Origin: Camelus dromedarius
Lineage: Eukaryota
NCBI RefSeq assembly: GCF_036321535.1
Contig: NC_087438.1
Location: 4,652,001-4,716,000, forward strand
Length of the DNA stretch: 64,000 bases
Direction of reading: 5' to 3'
The position numbers were made by a program, and so were the translations under genes. Below the pieces are notes generated by a model. It was not told the origin of the DNA. It made no database searches and saw only the letters and a list, made by a program, of their open reading frames with translations. This document shows, in pieces, positions 11,812 to 22,611 of the stretch. The first letter of the stretch is position 1, and each line of letters starts with the position of its first letter.

Positions 11812-12440
11812 TAAAATACATTTTGAGTTATATAAATAATATATAATATAAAAATTACATTAAAATATAAAAAGTACAGAAATTATATAATTATATAAAA
11901 TATATACTAAAATTTAAATATAAACAATACATAAATATATAAAAATATATAATGTAAATATATACAAAATATTAAAATATATAAAAATAATAATATATAA
12001 AATATATACTAAAATTTAAATACATAATATATAAAATACATAAAAAATAATATTAAATATATAAAATAATATATAAAATATATACTATATTTTAAATATA
12101 TAAATAATATATAATATATCAAAATAATATATAATGTAAAATATACAAAAAATTAAATATATAAAAATAATGCATTAAATACATGATATAAAATATATAC
12201 TATATTTTAAATATATAATATATAAAATATATATAACGTAAAATATATACAAAATATTAAATATATAAAAATAAAATATAAAATATACACTATATTTTAA
12301 ATATGTAAATATATAATATATAAAATAATATATAACATTAAAATACATAAAAATAATAATATGCAAAACATATAAATATATACTATATTTAAAATATGTA
12401 AATAGTATATATGTAACGTGTACTTTAAAAATATTTTAAA
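11812..12440. repeat. AT-rich degenerate minisatellite / low-complexity block
   Basis: Almost pure A/T; the anchor ATATA(T/C)ACTA recurs at 11900, 12002, 12078, 12193, 12283 and 12376. Confidence 0.95.
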
Positions 12441-12459
12441 GTCAAGAACGTGAGTGACA

Positions 12460-13260
12460 GAGGGGGCTGCTGCTCGTTTGTCGCCGTCTTAATCAGGCGC
12501 TGAAACCCTGCAGCGGGGGCGGCGACGCGCCCCTCCTGCTGCTGGCCGCCTTGAACGCCGCGCAGCCCGGCAGGACGGAGCGGGGTGTCTCCTTCCGCAG
12601 GGCCGGGCGGGGCTGGCGGGCGTCCTGCGTCCTCGGGCGCAGCTGCCCCGCGTCCCTGTGCTGGTCGCCCTCTCCCCGCACGGCAGTGACAGGGGGAGGG
12701 CGTCGTTCAGGGGCGCAGGGAGCTGGGGTGGAGGGAGGAGTGGGGAGGCCACAGGCGGGAGTCCCTGGGGCTTTGGGGACTCTCCCCCCCCCCCCGGTTC
12801 CGCGGCCGCGCCCCTTCGCCTGCCAGACCGTCGCTCCCACGCGCAGCGCGCCAGCGCGGGGTGGGGGTGGGGGGTTGGCGGGCTTTCGAGTGTCGCAGCC
12901 CCTCCCCGGGTGCTGCTCGTCACCGGCGCTCTCCCGGTCGCCCCGTGCTCTGCCTCTCTGGCACGGGAGTCAGGTGCAGACGGACGTGCCGCGGTCCTGG
13001 GGTGCTGCCCTCCCCTGCTCCCCGGCCCTTCCCGGGCGCTGCGGCGGGAAGGCTCCCCTTGTTGCCTCAGCCCCTCGCGTCTGGGATCTGCGTGTGACTT
13101 AGGTCCTGGCGCGTCGGCCTTTGAGCTCGGAATCTATCGTGTCGGGGAGCGTCAGGGTGGGGCCTCCACTTCGCTGGCACAGGTGGTGCAGGTGCCGTGG
13201 AAGCTTCTGGAATAAGCAGGCCAATTCCCCGCTTGCAGCGTCCTCGTCTCGGCAGGGCTG
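12460..13260. promoter_or_regulatory. CpG island (candidate promoter or enhancer)
   Basis: About 800 bp of very GC- and CpG-dense non-repeat sequence with GGGCGG boxes and G-runs. Confidence 0.85.
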
Positions 13261-13397
13261 AGCCCATCTGGTCACCAGGTTCCCTGTGCCTTCGGGAATT
13301 TTTCCTGGAAGGTCATCCTGAAATCTGATTTGCTACTTTCCCTAGGAATTCTGCGAGCATTTAATAACATAAAAATTCCCTTTTTGCCCAAGAAGCA

Positions 13398-13821
13398 TAG
13401 TGGGTACCCCCTCCCCCCTCTGAAAAAATCTGTCCATGGAAAACCGCCAGTGTGACTATTGGGAACAGAGGTCCAGACCTAACGAAGTCGAGGACTTTGA
13501 GATGAGGTCATCCTGGGTTGTCTGGGTGGACTCTTAATCCGATGAGAACGTCCTCATAAGAAGAAGAGGAGACAGGCACAGGGGAGGAGGCCGTGTGAAG
13601 GCGAAGGCAGAGATGGGGCCATGCAGCCACAAGCCAAGGAAGCCAGGGCAACCGGAAGCTGTAAGAGGCAGAGAGGATCTCCCTCTAGAGTCTGGAAGGA
13701 GTGCGGTCCTGTGGGTACCGTGATTCTGGACTTCCGGTCCCTGAAACTGTGAGAGAATAAATTTCTGTTGCTTTAAACCCCTTGCTGGTGATACATATGG
13801 CAGCTTCAAGGAGCTAATAGA
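13398..13821 (+). mobile_element. MLT1C/D-like MaLR solo LTR
   Basis: 'gcagagatggggccatgcagccacaagccaagga', 'aactgtgagagaataaatttctgttgctttaa', ends 'ctaataga'. Confidence 0.85.
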
Positions 13822-14284
13822 CTAGGTTGAGAGGATTCTGTGCTCTGCGGTGGAAACGCCCCGTACAAACTGTCCCCTAGTTGTCACAGCTGCAGTTAGC
13901 GCAGGGCGTGGCGACAACAAAGGCAGCGAAGGCGTGGGGAGGGCGTGGGGCTGTGACACTGCGAGGCCTTGGCCTTGGTTTCCCAGTGTCACTGCTCCTG
14001 GGGCCGTCTGTGAAGCTGTATCACAGGGCCACCACTAACGGTCCGTCTGTCCATCCCACTTCAGCTGCTGGCGTTTTGCAACAACCAGCCAACCGCCGAT
14101 GGGGGTGCCCGTGACAAGGTGTCTCCTCTCGGAAATGGCATCCTGTCTTCCTTGCTCCAGACCAAGGCAGCAGGTAGGACTAAAGCCTTTAACGTCCAAC
14201 AATGTCCTCAGGCACTGTCTGGGCTCGTCTGCACGTCTAACAGCGTGTTGCCTGTGTCCCCCGCTCCCTGGGACTGACCGTTTC

Positions 14285-14648
14285 TGTCTTTGTCCGTTGG
14301 GGCTGCTGTGACGATGCCACAGGCTGGGGGCTTAAATAGCACACATTTGTTTCTTAATGATTCTGGAGGCTGCAAAGTCTAAGATCCAGGCTCTGACAGG
14401 GCTGGTGTCTAGTGAGGGGTCCTTGCAGGTGTGCAGACGGCTGACTTCTCCTTGTGCCTTACCCTGGCAGGGAGCGAGGGAGAGAAGAGGTCATCTCTGT
14501 GTGTTCTTAGAAGGGCACTAATCCCACTCATGGGGGCTCCACCCTTGTGACCTAATCACCCCCCAAAGGCCCCACCTTCAAACCCCATCCCCTGGGGGTT
14601 AGGCCTCAACATGTGAGTTCTGGGGACACAAACCTGAGGTCCACAGCA
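14285..14648 (-). mobile_element. MLT1A/MLT1A0-like MaLR solo LTR
   Basis: 'aagggcactaatccca.tcatgggggctccaccct..tgacctaatcacc.cccaaaggccccacct', ends 'ccacagca'. Confidence 0.88.
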
Positions 14649-15887
14649 ATCACAAAAACAGTTTTCCTGACCTAAGCAAACACATACAGCAGGCTCCCCA
14701 CCCCAACCCTACACCCAAACAAATGGCCCAGTGTTCCTCCCAGAGATAAATTCTGTAGCTTCGTTAAAATACTAGAAAAAGGTGCAGGCAACTTGTAAGA
14801 ACAGCGCTTTCCTCGCCTCACATTATTGTTCTTCAAGGTTTCGAGGGGACGAGACCCCAGGGGTGTTCTCTTTTTGGCTCCCCGCTCTAACCCGGCAGCC
14901 TACCCCTCATTCTAACTCTGGCTGACCCTCCCAGACTCCCCTCTCCCGTCTCTTTGTGCTCCCAAGTCTCCTGCCTGAAGTTCCCTGGTAACAACAAGCA
15001 AACGAATGCCCCTAGTCTTGCTAATGCTTGAAAGAAGAACTTTCTGGAAGATCCTCCAATGTGTTAAAACGTGGGGTGTTTTGCTGAGGCCGGAGGGACT
15101 ACAGGCCGTTCAGCCTTTCATCTCTTCTCACAGATTCCATCGTTAGCAACAGGTATTTAATTTTGTGTGGCTTCTCTCTTTTCTGAGCAGCGTCTGTGCA
15201 CAGCCCAATCACACCACATCAGCCTAAATACATCGAAGGGGCTGCCAGCTTTCCACTTACGTGATCTGTTTTATTAGTTTGTCAACACGCTGTCTGGTAG
15301 AAATTGCTGCTGACAGTGGGATGAAGTGTCCCCAGGCCAGCAGCCGCTGTCACAGGGCGGCAGCAGCAGTGAGAGCGTGCCAGGCGGGGCTAGCTCCAGC
15401 GCTCTGCTTCTTGTGTTCTCTCCATGTCAAGCAGCTGGTAAGACCCCCACCCAATCAGGGCTCAAAGGGCCTCAGAGGGTAGAGTCACCTGTGGAGACAG
15501 AACCACTTAGGAGAAGTGAACCAATCACTTCACTGGCTTCGTGACCCCAAGAAAGCAACTGGGGAGCTCCAGTTGGCCTCGGGCCACAGAGTTGACGGGG
15601 CTGAGTACCATGATGGGGAAACAAGTGCCCTCCCCTCTTTGGACGTTCTCCTCTGCCTGTCCTCCATCCCGCACTGGCCTTCAGGATAGAAATCCTGGAA
15701 TGGAGAACCCAGACTCTTGCTGGGGTGAGCTGTGTCTAGCTGACCCGATGAATCGCGCTGGTACAGAGAGGCGATGTGCAGTGGAAAGCAGGAGGATCAC
15801 AAGTAACTTCAGGTGTCAGGACTCAGGTGACAGCACACAGCTGACCCCCAGAGCCTGCCCGGATCTACTCACCTAGAGAGAGGCTCC

Positions 15888-16150
15888 TATAATAATAACG
15901 TTTAATTCACTGGATGCTTATCTGAGGGCCAACCGTGTACTAAATGCTCTTCCGAGCATTTGATATCTTTTCACCCATTTGGTGCTCGATGACCCCGAGA
16001 GGCCAGTGCACTTACCGCCCCCTCTTGCAGGCTCTGGGACCGAGGTGTTTAACCAAGGGCAGGTGAAGCAGCTTCTCCAGGGCTGGGGGGTGCGGCGCCG
16101 ACGCTGACCACGTGGCCTGACGTCCGGCTGCGATGCTCCGGACTCAGGAC
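15888..16150 (-). mobile_element. MIR SINE (degenerate, GC-shifted)
   Basis: 'ataataataacg...gtgtactaaatgctct..gcatt' start, followed by a collinear MIR-like core. Confidence 0.55.
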
Positions 16151-16469
16151 CGCCCTGCACTTCTCCAGGGCGTGTTTGTGACATTTGTTCAAGTTCAGCC
16201 TGAAACTGATTGGGAAATTGAATTCACAGGCGATGCCAGGCAGCCCGCTGTTCGTCTAATTAACCCTGAGGCCTTGGAGGTCTGAGGTTACACAAGCTCC
16301 GTGCTCCTGGCTGAGCTCCCGGTGAGAAGAAAGCGCAGAGACGCTGGAGCAGACGGCCTCTGTCTCAGGTGGACGTGAGGCTCGCCGTGCAGCGCACAGT
16401 TTAATCTCCCCTCTCCCGTGGAAAGCTCATCAGATAAAACATTCCATGAAAAGATTACAATAAACAAAG

Positions 16470-16685
16470 AGGCAGCAGAGCAGTGAGGTGATGGGCTTTG
16501 CAGTCAGGGTGGAGCCGCAGGCCTGTCACGCAACCTCTCTGTGCCTCAGTTTACCCCTCTGTGAAACGGGAATAATAGTTTCTACCCCTAAATGTTGTTA
16601 CACGGGGGTTTTAAATGAGTCAATATTTGTAACACTTATAGGAGAGTCAGGCCCTTGGTTAATGCTGTATAATATTTGCTAAATA
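16470..16685 (+). mobile_element. MIR SINE
   Basis: Canonical core 'aacctctctgtgcctcagtttacccctctgtgaaacgggaataatag'. Confidence 0.85.
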
Positions 16686-17329
16686 AATAAAAATCACCAC
16701 ATGACCCCATCTGTGGGTTTGAGACAGTTTTGGCTTTTTTACCTTGTGATTAAATTTATTTATGTTAGACAACTTCTGGTCAAACAAATTAATAATCAAG
16801 TCATCCATGGAGCCACAAAGACCGAAAACTGTACAGGCGAGTAGGACCGAACAGCATCACATTCTCCTGTGTCAGTCACGACTCTGCACCTCCTCACATC
16901 CCCTGGTGCCCGGTGTCCTGCCCAGATCCGCCCTCATGGTACACCCTGGCTGCCCCCATCTCCACGGCTGCCACCAAGGACTGTGGCTCTTTGCTGACCC
17001 TGCCCTTTCTCGGCTCCATCCCTCTCTTGCTGACCCTGAGACACCCCAACACCCTGGACCAGGGATCTGGTGTCTGCATGGCTGCCTTGAGGGGCCCAGC
17101 AGCACGATCTGGAGCACAGGGAGCCACTGACTGTGACATGAGAGACAGGAGAGAGGAGGGGGCCTGGAGAAACCTCCTCCCCCTCCAGCCCCAGCTGCGG
17201 GGCCTGCGCTGAGCCCGTCACCCTGACCTCCTGTCCGGCGAGGCCCCGGGGAGCTGTCCCTCTGTGGCGCGGCACGGCCAGCACGGTCCTGCACTGTCCT
17301 GGGTGGGCTTCTCTGCTCCCCTGGCCTCG

Positions 17330-17720
17330 CTTCCTTTTCCTCACTCTCACCACTCTTGGGGGAGGCCTGCAGCTCCCCAAATCCAGGGGTGCTTCAGCTT
17401 GGCTTTGGTTCTGGTTCCTAGGAAACCTGGTCCAAGCTTCCTCTTTAACCCCAGATTGTCCTTCCCCTGTTTTGCCACACTTGGTCTGTGCTTCCAAACC
17501 CGGCAGGTCCCCTGTGGACACACCCTTCCTCTTCCCTTCAGAGTCCAGCCCGGTCCAGAGTCAGTTTGAGTTTTAGGTCCTCTGGTACCCATGCCCACTG
17601 CCATCACCCTGGTCCAAGCCTCCTCACCCTCCTCCCCGGCACTCACCTTGACCTCTGCTCTCCAGCTCTCTCACTACTGGTCCCGAATATCTTCCACCTG
17701 TTGGATAAGTCATCCTCTTT
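17330..17720 (+). mobile_element. L2 fragment
   Basis: 'cccactgccatcaccctggtccaagcc..' is an L2 motif in pyrimidine-rich context. Confidence 0.55.
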
Positions 17721-17918
17721 CTCAAAAGGCCCTTAATTACCCTCCAAGCTTGCATAGTCACCTCAAGGAATGTCTCTGAGATTCTGCCCAGTCTGCCTGA
17801 ACTTCCTCTTCAGAGTTGTCCCATGTCAGTCTTTTTTTCAGCCCATCTTTCCTGAATTACCTTCCAGGGATAGGCCCTTGGTGATACCGAGGATGCCAAG
17901 GTCCACAACGCAGGGCGG

Positions 17919-18392
17919 TGCATCTGGCTTCTGGGGCTGCTGCAACAGTCACCGTGAGCCTGGTGGCTGGAAACAAGACGAATGCGTTCTCTCTCAGTCT
18001 GGCTGCCAGAAGTCCGACACTGAGGTGTGCGCAGGGCTGGCTCCTTCTGGAGGTTTGAGGGAGCATTTGTTCCGGGTCTCTTCCCGCCCGGGGCGGCTGC
18101 CAGCCGCCCTTGGTGTTCCTTGCCTTGTGGCCGCATCCCTCCCACCTCCGCCTCACTCTTCACATGGCCCCTGTGTCCCTGTGTGTGGACTCCCCCTCTT
18201 CTTACTCTTATCAGAACACGGATCATTGGGTTTAGGACCCACCCTGAATCCAGGGTGACCTCATCCAGAGATTATCCTCCACTTAATCACATTTGCAAAG
18301 ACCCTATTTCCAAATAAGTTCCCATTCACAAGTACCGGGGTTTAGGACTTGGACGTATCTTTTTTGAGGGGGACCCAATTCAACCCTCTGCA
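17919..18392 (-). mobile_element. MLT1B/C-like MaLR solo LTR
   Basis: 'cttaatcacatttgcaaagaccctatttccaaataag', 'gggggac.caattcaaccc', TG...CA ends. Confidence 0.88.
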
Positions 18393-18494
18393 GTCAGACA
18401 GTCAGAATATTCTCTTCTCCTCTGTATTCTCGGGAGTTAGAAGTTAGGCATGTCAGCCGTCCTGCCCTCGTCAGACTTGCTCGCCTCCTGGAAG

Positions 18495-18705
18495 AGCACT
18501 TCCTTCCCTCATCATCCATCCTTCAAGGCACAGGCCAAATGCTGCCGCCTCCACAAAGCCCTGCCTCCTCTCCTCTCCCTCCACTGAGAGTGTGCTCAGG
18601 TTACCTGTCCGGGATTTTACCCCTAAGACCGTTTGAAGGCAAAGGATGTCTGTGGTACAGCCTCTTTTCGGTGGTGTGTACTCAGTAAATGCTGAATGCA
18701 GTGAG
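18495..18705 (+). mobile_element. L2 3' fragment
   Basis: 'catccttcaagg..cag.ccaaatg..cctcca.aaagcc', 'gtactcagtaaatgctgaatg'. Confidence 0.6.
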
Positions 18706-18967
18706 AACTCAGTGCTTGAAGATGACACTTTTTGAAATTCTTTGATGTAGATTCTTCTTTTGACCAAAAATGCAGTTTAGATGTTAATTAAAACCAGTTG
18801 CATGAATGATCCTCATTAACTGTCTTAACCCTGGAAGTTTTCTGAGAAAGAGAGAGGCATACAATAGTTTGTATTTAGTAAGTAACATACCATTTTTTTT
18901 TAAAAGCAAATATATCTTTGCTCTTAAATCCAATTATTCAACTTCGTCTATTAAAAAGTCTTGAATG

Positions 18968-19272
18968 CCATAGAAGACAAACTTACGGTCACTGGGAGAA
19001 AAGGGGATGGGACGAGATAAACTGGGAGTTCGAGATTTGCAGATACTAATACATATAAAATAGATAATCAAGTTTATACTGTAGAGCACAGGGAACTATA
19101 TTCAATCTCTTGTAGTAACTTACAGTGAAAAAGAATTGAAAACAAATACATGTATTCAAGTATCCGTCTGACTGAAGCTTTATGCTCTGCACCAGAAATT
19201 GACACAACATCGTAAACTGACTGCGCTTCAGTAAAAAAGCTAAACTGTAAACTGTAAAAATAATAAAATAAT
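18968..19272 (+). mobile_element. 5'-truncated young L1 (camelid/artiodactyl-type 3' UTR) with a 13-bp TSD
   Basis: 'gcacagggaactatattcaa..cttgtagtaac', A-rich tail; AAAGTCTTGAATG at 18955-18967 and 19273-19285; TT/AAAA endonuclease site on the left. Confidence 0.92.
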
Positions 19273-20415
19273 AAAGTCTTGAATGTAGTCAATTTTAGAT
19301 GTTTCTTCTTTTTTCAGCATAACAATGTTGATGAGGAAACCCCCCAATTGAATACAAATGAAAATGTATCCTGGCTCATGCTGCTTCCTGCCTGTTCCTA
19401 TTTGTTTAAAGTAACCATCTGTAGGCGCAGTGACCCACGTGTCATCGTGATGTGCAAACATGAGTAGCAGCTGATCCCGTAATTTCTTACATTGAGAAAC
19501 TTTCCTGGGTTCTTCTCAGCTACATCTGTTGCTACAAGTTTTACTGAAGCGTTCATGGCTTGGCTTCTGTATCACTAAGTCTTCGGCATTGGTCAGGACG
19601 GCTGTGAGCATTTATGGACAGTTCCTCAGGTGCCTTTCTCTGGAGAGATGGCCAAAGTTCTTCTCATTTTGACACAAGATGTGACACCTATCCAGCCCTG
19701 AAACAAGCAGAGGGGAAGCGAGAACCCATGTGGTTGCTCTTTACAGAAAAGATTGGAGAGACATTATTTCAAGCTTTTGACCTTTGTTTTAAAAGAATAG
19801 ATGTTTTCAACTGATACTAAATGCACGTAGCAAGACATGCCTGACGTTTGGTTCTTTTCTATCTTTGAGAAGATATTCTGCCTCTTAGAACTAAATTGGC
19901 GACATAGCTCACATACTGTTTTGGACTTTGCTTTGTTCTCTAACAATGTATCTAGGAGCTTTTTCTATCAAAGTTCTATTTAAGTACAGAACTGCTACAT
20001 TCTCTTTTACATCTGCCTAAGTTTCTTAGCAGGAATGTACCAACATTTATTTAACAGTTACATACTGAAGAACTTTTGGTTTTTGAATCTTTTGTTCATA
20101 CAAATGGGTGTTGCTGTAAAGATCCTTGTAAATACACCATCTCAGATGAGTATGCACATTTCTGTAAGATATATTCTAAAAACGTGTTTGCTGGGTCAAA
20201 GTTGACATGCTCCTCAAACTTCGGATCCTACTGCCAAACCATTCTTCAAAGAAATTGCACCAGTTTATACTCTCACTGGTAATATGATGGTACCTGTTTC
20301 TCCACATGCCCACCAGCGCAGTGTACTACCAGACAGTTAGATTTTTGTGACTCTAATAGGTACAAAATTGTATGTCCCCCAAGTTTTAATTTGCATCTCT
20401 CTTTGGGTGAGGTGT

Positions 20416-21784
20416 GTTCATTTGCTTGTCTATTCCTTCTGCTAATATTAGTTGAGGGCTCACTGTGCGCAGGTGCTGTCCTGTGCACAAGTAATGTAGC
20501 CCTGAACAGACTGAACCCCAAATTCCCTGTTCGCAAGAAGTGAACATTTTAGGCAGAGGAGACAGGCAAAGGAGAAGTAAATATGGGAAATATAAGATGG
20601 TAATAAGTCCTATGAAGACAAAGAAACCAGGGAAGGGAGCTAAAGAGTGCGGGGGAAGGGGGATGGCTTGTAGCTTTCAACGAGGGTGAGGGAAGGACCC
20701 CTGAGTAGTTGCCATTACCGCAAAGCCCTGATGGGGGTGGTAGGGAGAGAGCCACGTGGGATTCCAGGGAGACTATCCAGGAAGATGGGGCAGCAGGCAT
20801 AGGGGCTTAGAGACGTGCTTGGCATCTGTGCCAAAATCACTTGGTTATGCTGTGGATTCTGTGGGTCAGGAATTTGGACAGCCACAGCGGGGATGTTTCT
20901 CTTGCTCCTTGGAGCTGGGGGCCTCAGCTGGGGAGCATGAGTAGTTGGGCTAACTTGAGGTCAAAAGCTGAGATTATCGGAGGCCTCTTTGCTCACACGT
21001 TGGCACCTGGGCTAGGAGGATTTGACAGCGGGGCTCAGGGGGACTGTCAAGCAGGGTGCCTCCATGTGGCCCCTCCATAACACCTGGGCTTCCTCCAGCT
21101 CAGTGAGGAGCTTCTGAGGGAGAGCACTCTGCGATCAGATGTTCCAAGAGCACCAGGTGGAAGCTGAAGGGTTTTTATGACCTAATCTCAGAATTCATAG
21201 TCTGTTGATCAAAGTAGGCACACACCCAGGGGAGGGGCACGGGAGAAATGAGGTCATATCTAAGCTGGAATTTGACCAAATATCTGGGTACCATAGTTTG
21301 GCCAAGTTGACAGACAAAATTCACCACCACCGGCAATATTGTTGCTGCCACCTTTGGGAAAATCTTCCACGTCATGCTTGAGGGAGAACAAGGAGGCCAG
21401 GACAGTTGGAGTGAGAGCAGTGGGGGGCAGTGTGATAGGAAAGGAGGTTAGAGAGGTTGTTGGGGTTCAGATGTTTGGGCTTTGGAGCCACTGGACTTTG
21501 GCTTTGACTCTGAGTTGGGAAACCAATATAGGGTTATATTTAAAAAGGGTTACTTTCCTTGCCTCATGAGGAATAGTACAAAGAACAAGTATGGAAAAAG
21601 AGGATTCAGTTAGGAGTTGCAAGAATCCAAGTAAAGGTCATGATGGTGAGAAGTGGGTAAGATTTCAGATCCTTTCAGAAGACAGAGTCAATAGGACGCA
21701 TTGACATATTAAATATGATGAGGGGAAGTGAAAGAAAAGAATCAGGGTGGTTCCAAGTTTTGAGTGAGAAATGGAAGGATAGAT
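20416..21784 (-). mobile_element. L2 element (~20416-20825, ~21371-21784) inserted in L1ME and itself interrupted
   Basis: Antisense L2 tail 'ttcatttg..tattagttgagggctcactgtgcgcaggtgctgt'; resumes 'gagaacaaggaggccag..tggagtgagag'. Confidence 0.75.
20826..21370 (-). mobile_element. MLT1H-like MaLR LTR containing a short MLT2-like terminus (~21260-21331)
   Basis: 'gattctgtgggtcaggaatttggacag', 'ggcctcagctgg'; MLT2-like 'ccaaatatctgggtacca..ggccaagttgaca.acaaaatt.accac'. Confidence 0.7.
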
Positions 21785-22309
21785 TGGAGAAATTTTTCAT
21801 ATGTTTCAGAATCATTTACGTTTCTTGTTCTGTAAACTGTTTTATTATATACTGTGCCCATTTTTTCCTATTGCATTGTTGGCTTTTTTCTTAAAGATTT
21901 ATTGCAACTCATTATGTATTAAGAAGATAAAAACTTTTATTTGTGAAATAAATTGCAGATATTTTTTCTAGTTCCCCATTTGTTTTATAACTTTGGGCTT
22001 TACTGCATAGAATTATTGTTATTATTGTTTGCTTTCTGCAGTGTGTTTATCTGTCTTTTATGACTTCTGAATGGACATGCTCTAATATTGTTATGGGAAT
22101 GAGCAAGATATGTGGCCAATTTCTTTGCATAGAAACATTTTCCTTTTCCATTATGATTGGAAAAAAATTGTGTAAACTAAGATTTAGGAGTAATAATTGT
22201 AATTTATAAGTTTATAAACACAATTTTAAGCACTATCTTTACCATTTCTTCTGAAGCTCTATAAACAGAACAACTCTGTATTAAACTGGCTTGAATTGAT
22301 TTTTTTTTT

Positions 22310-22600
22310 TGCCTAGGGACAGTTTCTATTTAATGCTTTTCTCCCTGTGTAAGGGTCACACTTCCCTGCTTCTTAGGATGCGCCGTAACTGTGTTTCACT
22401 TCTTGCTGGTGTGGGGCCTTTGGATCAGGTGGCGGTAGCATTAGGGTCTCTTCAGGTCTTTCTTGGACACACACATAGTTATTCCCCAAATCTTCCTCTT
22501 ACGTTTTTTGGCTAGTCTCTTGTTCGTCCCCTTAGGCAGCTGCAATGTTAAACACTTGCCACCGGTTGTTTTAAACCAGGCCTGAACTGACTTTTGATTC
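22310..22600 (-). mobile_element. Old L1 (L1MC/MD-like) 5'-region fragment
   Basis: 'agggacagtttctatt..tgcttttctccctgtgtaagggtcacacttccctgcttctt..atgc'. Confidence 0.5.
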
Positions 22601-22611
22601 CTAGCTTTACT

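Larger units (their letters stand above)
19900..22070 (-). mobile_element. Old L1 (L1ME-like) 3' region, in two parts (~19900-20415, ~21785-22070)
   Basis: 'ttgctgggtcaaag..ttgcaccagtttatactc.cac..gttttaatttgcat' continues after the insert as 'tttttcatatgttt..tgcccatttttt'. Confidence 0.75.

Noticed and set aside
11812..12440. CRISPR-like array, or the I/Y/F-rich ORF 12175-12366
   Set aside because: No constant repeat with unique spacers, no cas genes, eukaryotic context; the ORF is a translation of low-complexity DNA
12489..13215. Several 115-185 aa overlapping ORFs on both strands
   Set aside because: Expected from stop-codon scarcity in a CpG island; low-complexity R/P/G/A peptides with no recognisable domain
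16762..17736. Cluster of long ORFs including 195 aa at 16934-17521 (minus)
   Set aside because: GC-rich and partly L2-derived; no recognisable homology or convincing exon structure
19318..19365. Plus-strand 48-nt exon candidate (HNNVDEETPQLNTNEN)
   Set aside because: Good acceptor but weak donor (AAT|gtatcc); peptide not recognised; insufficient support
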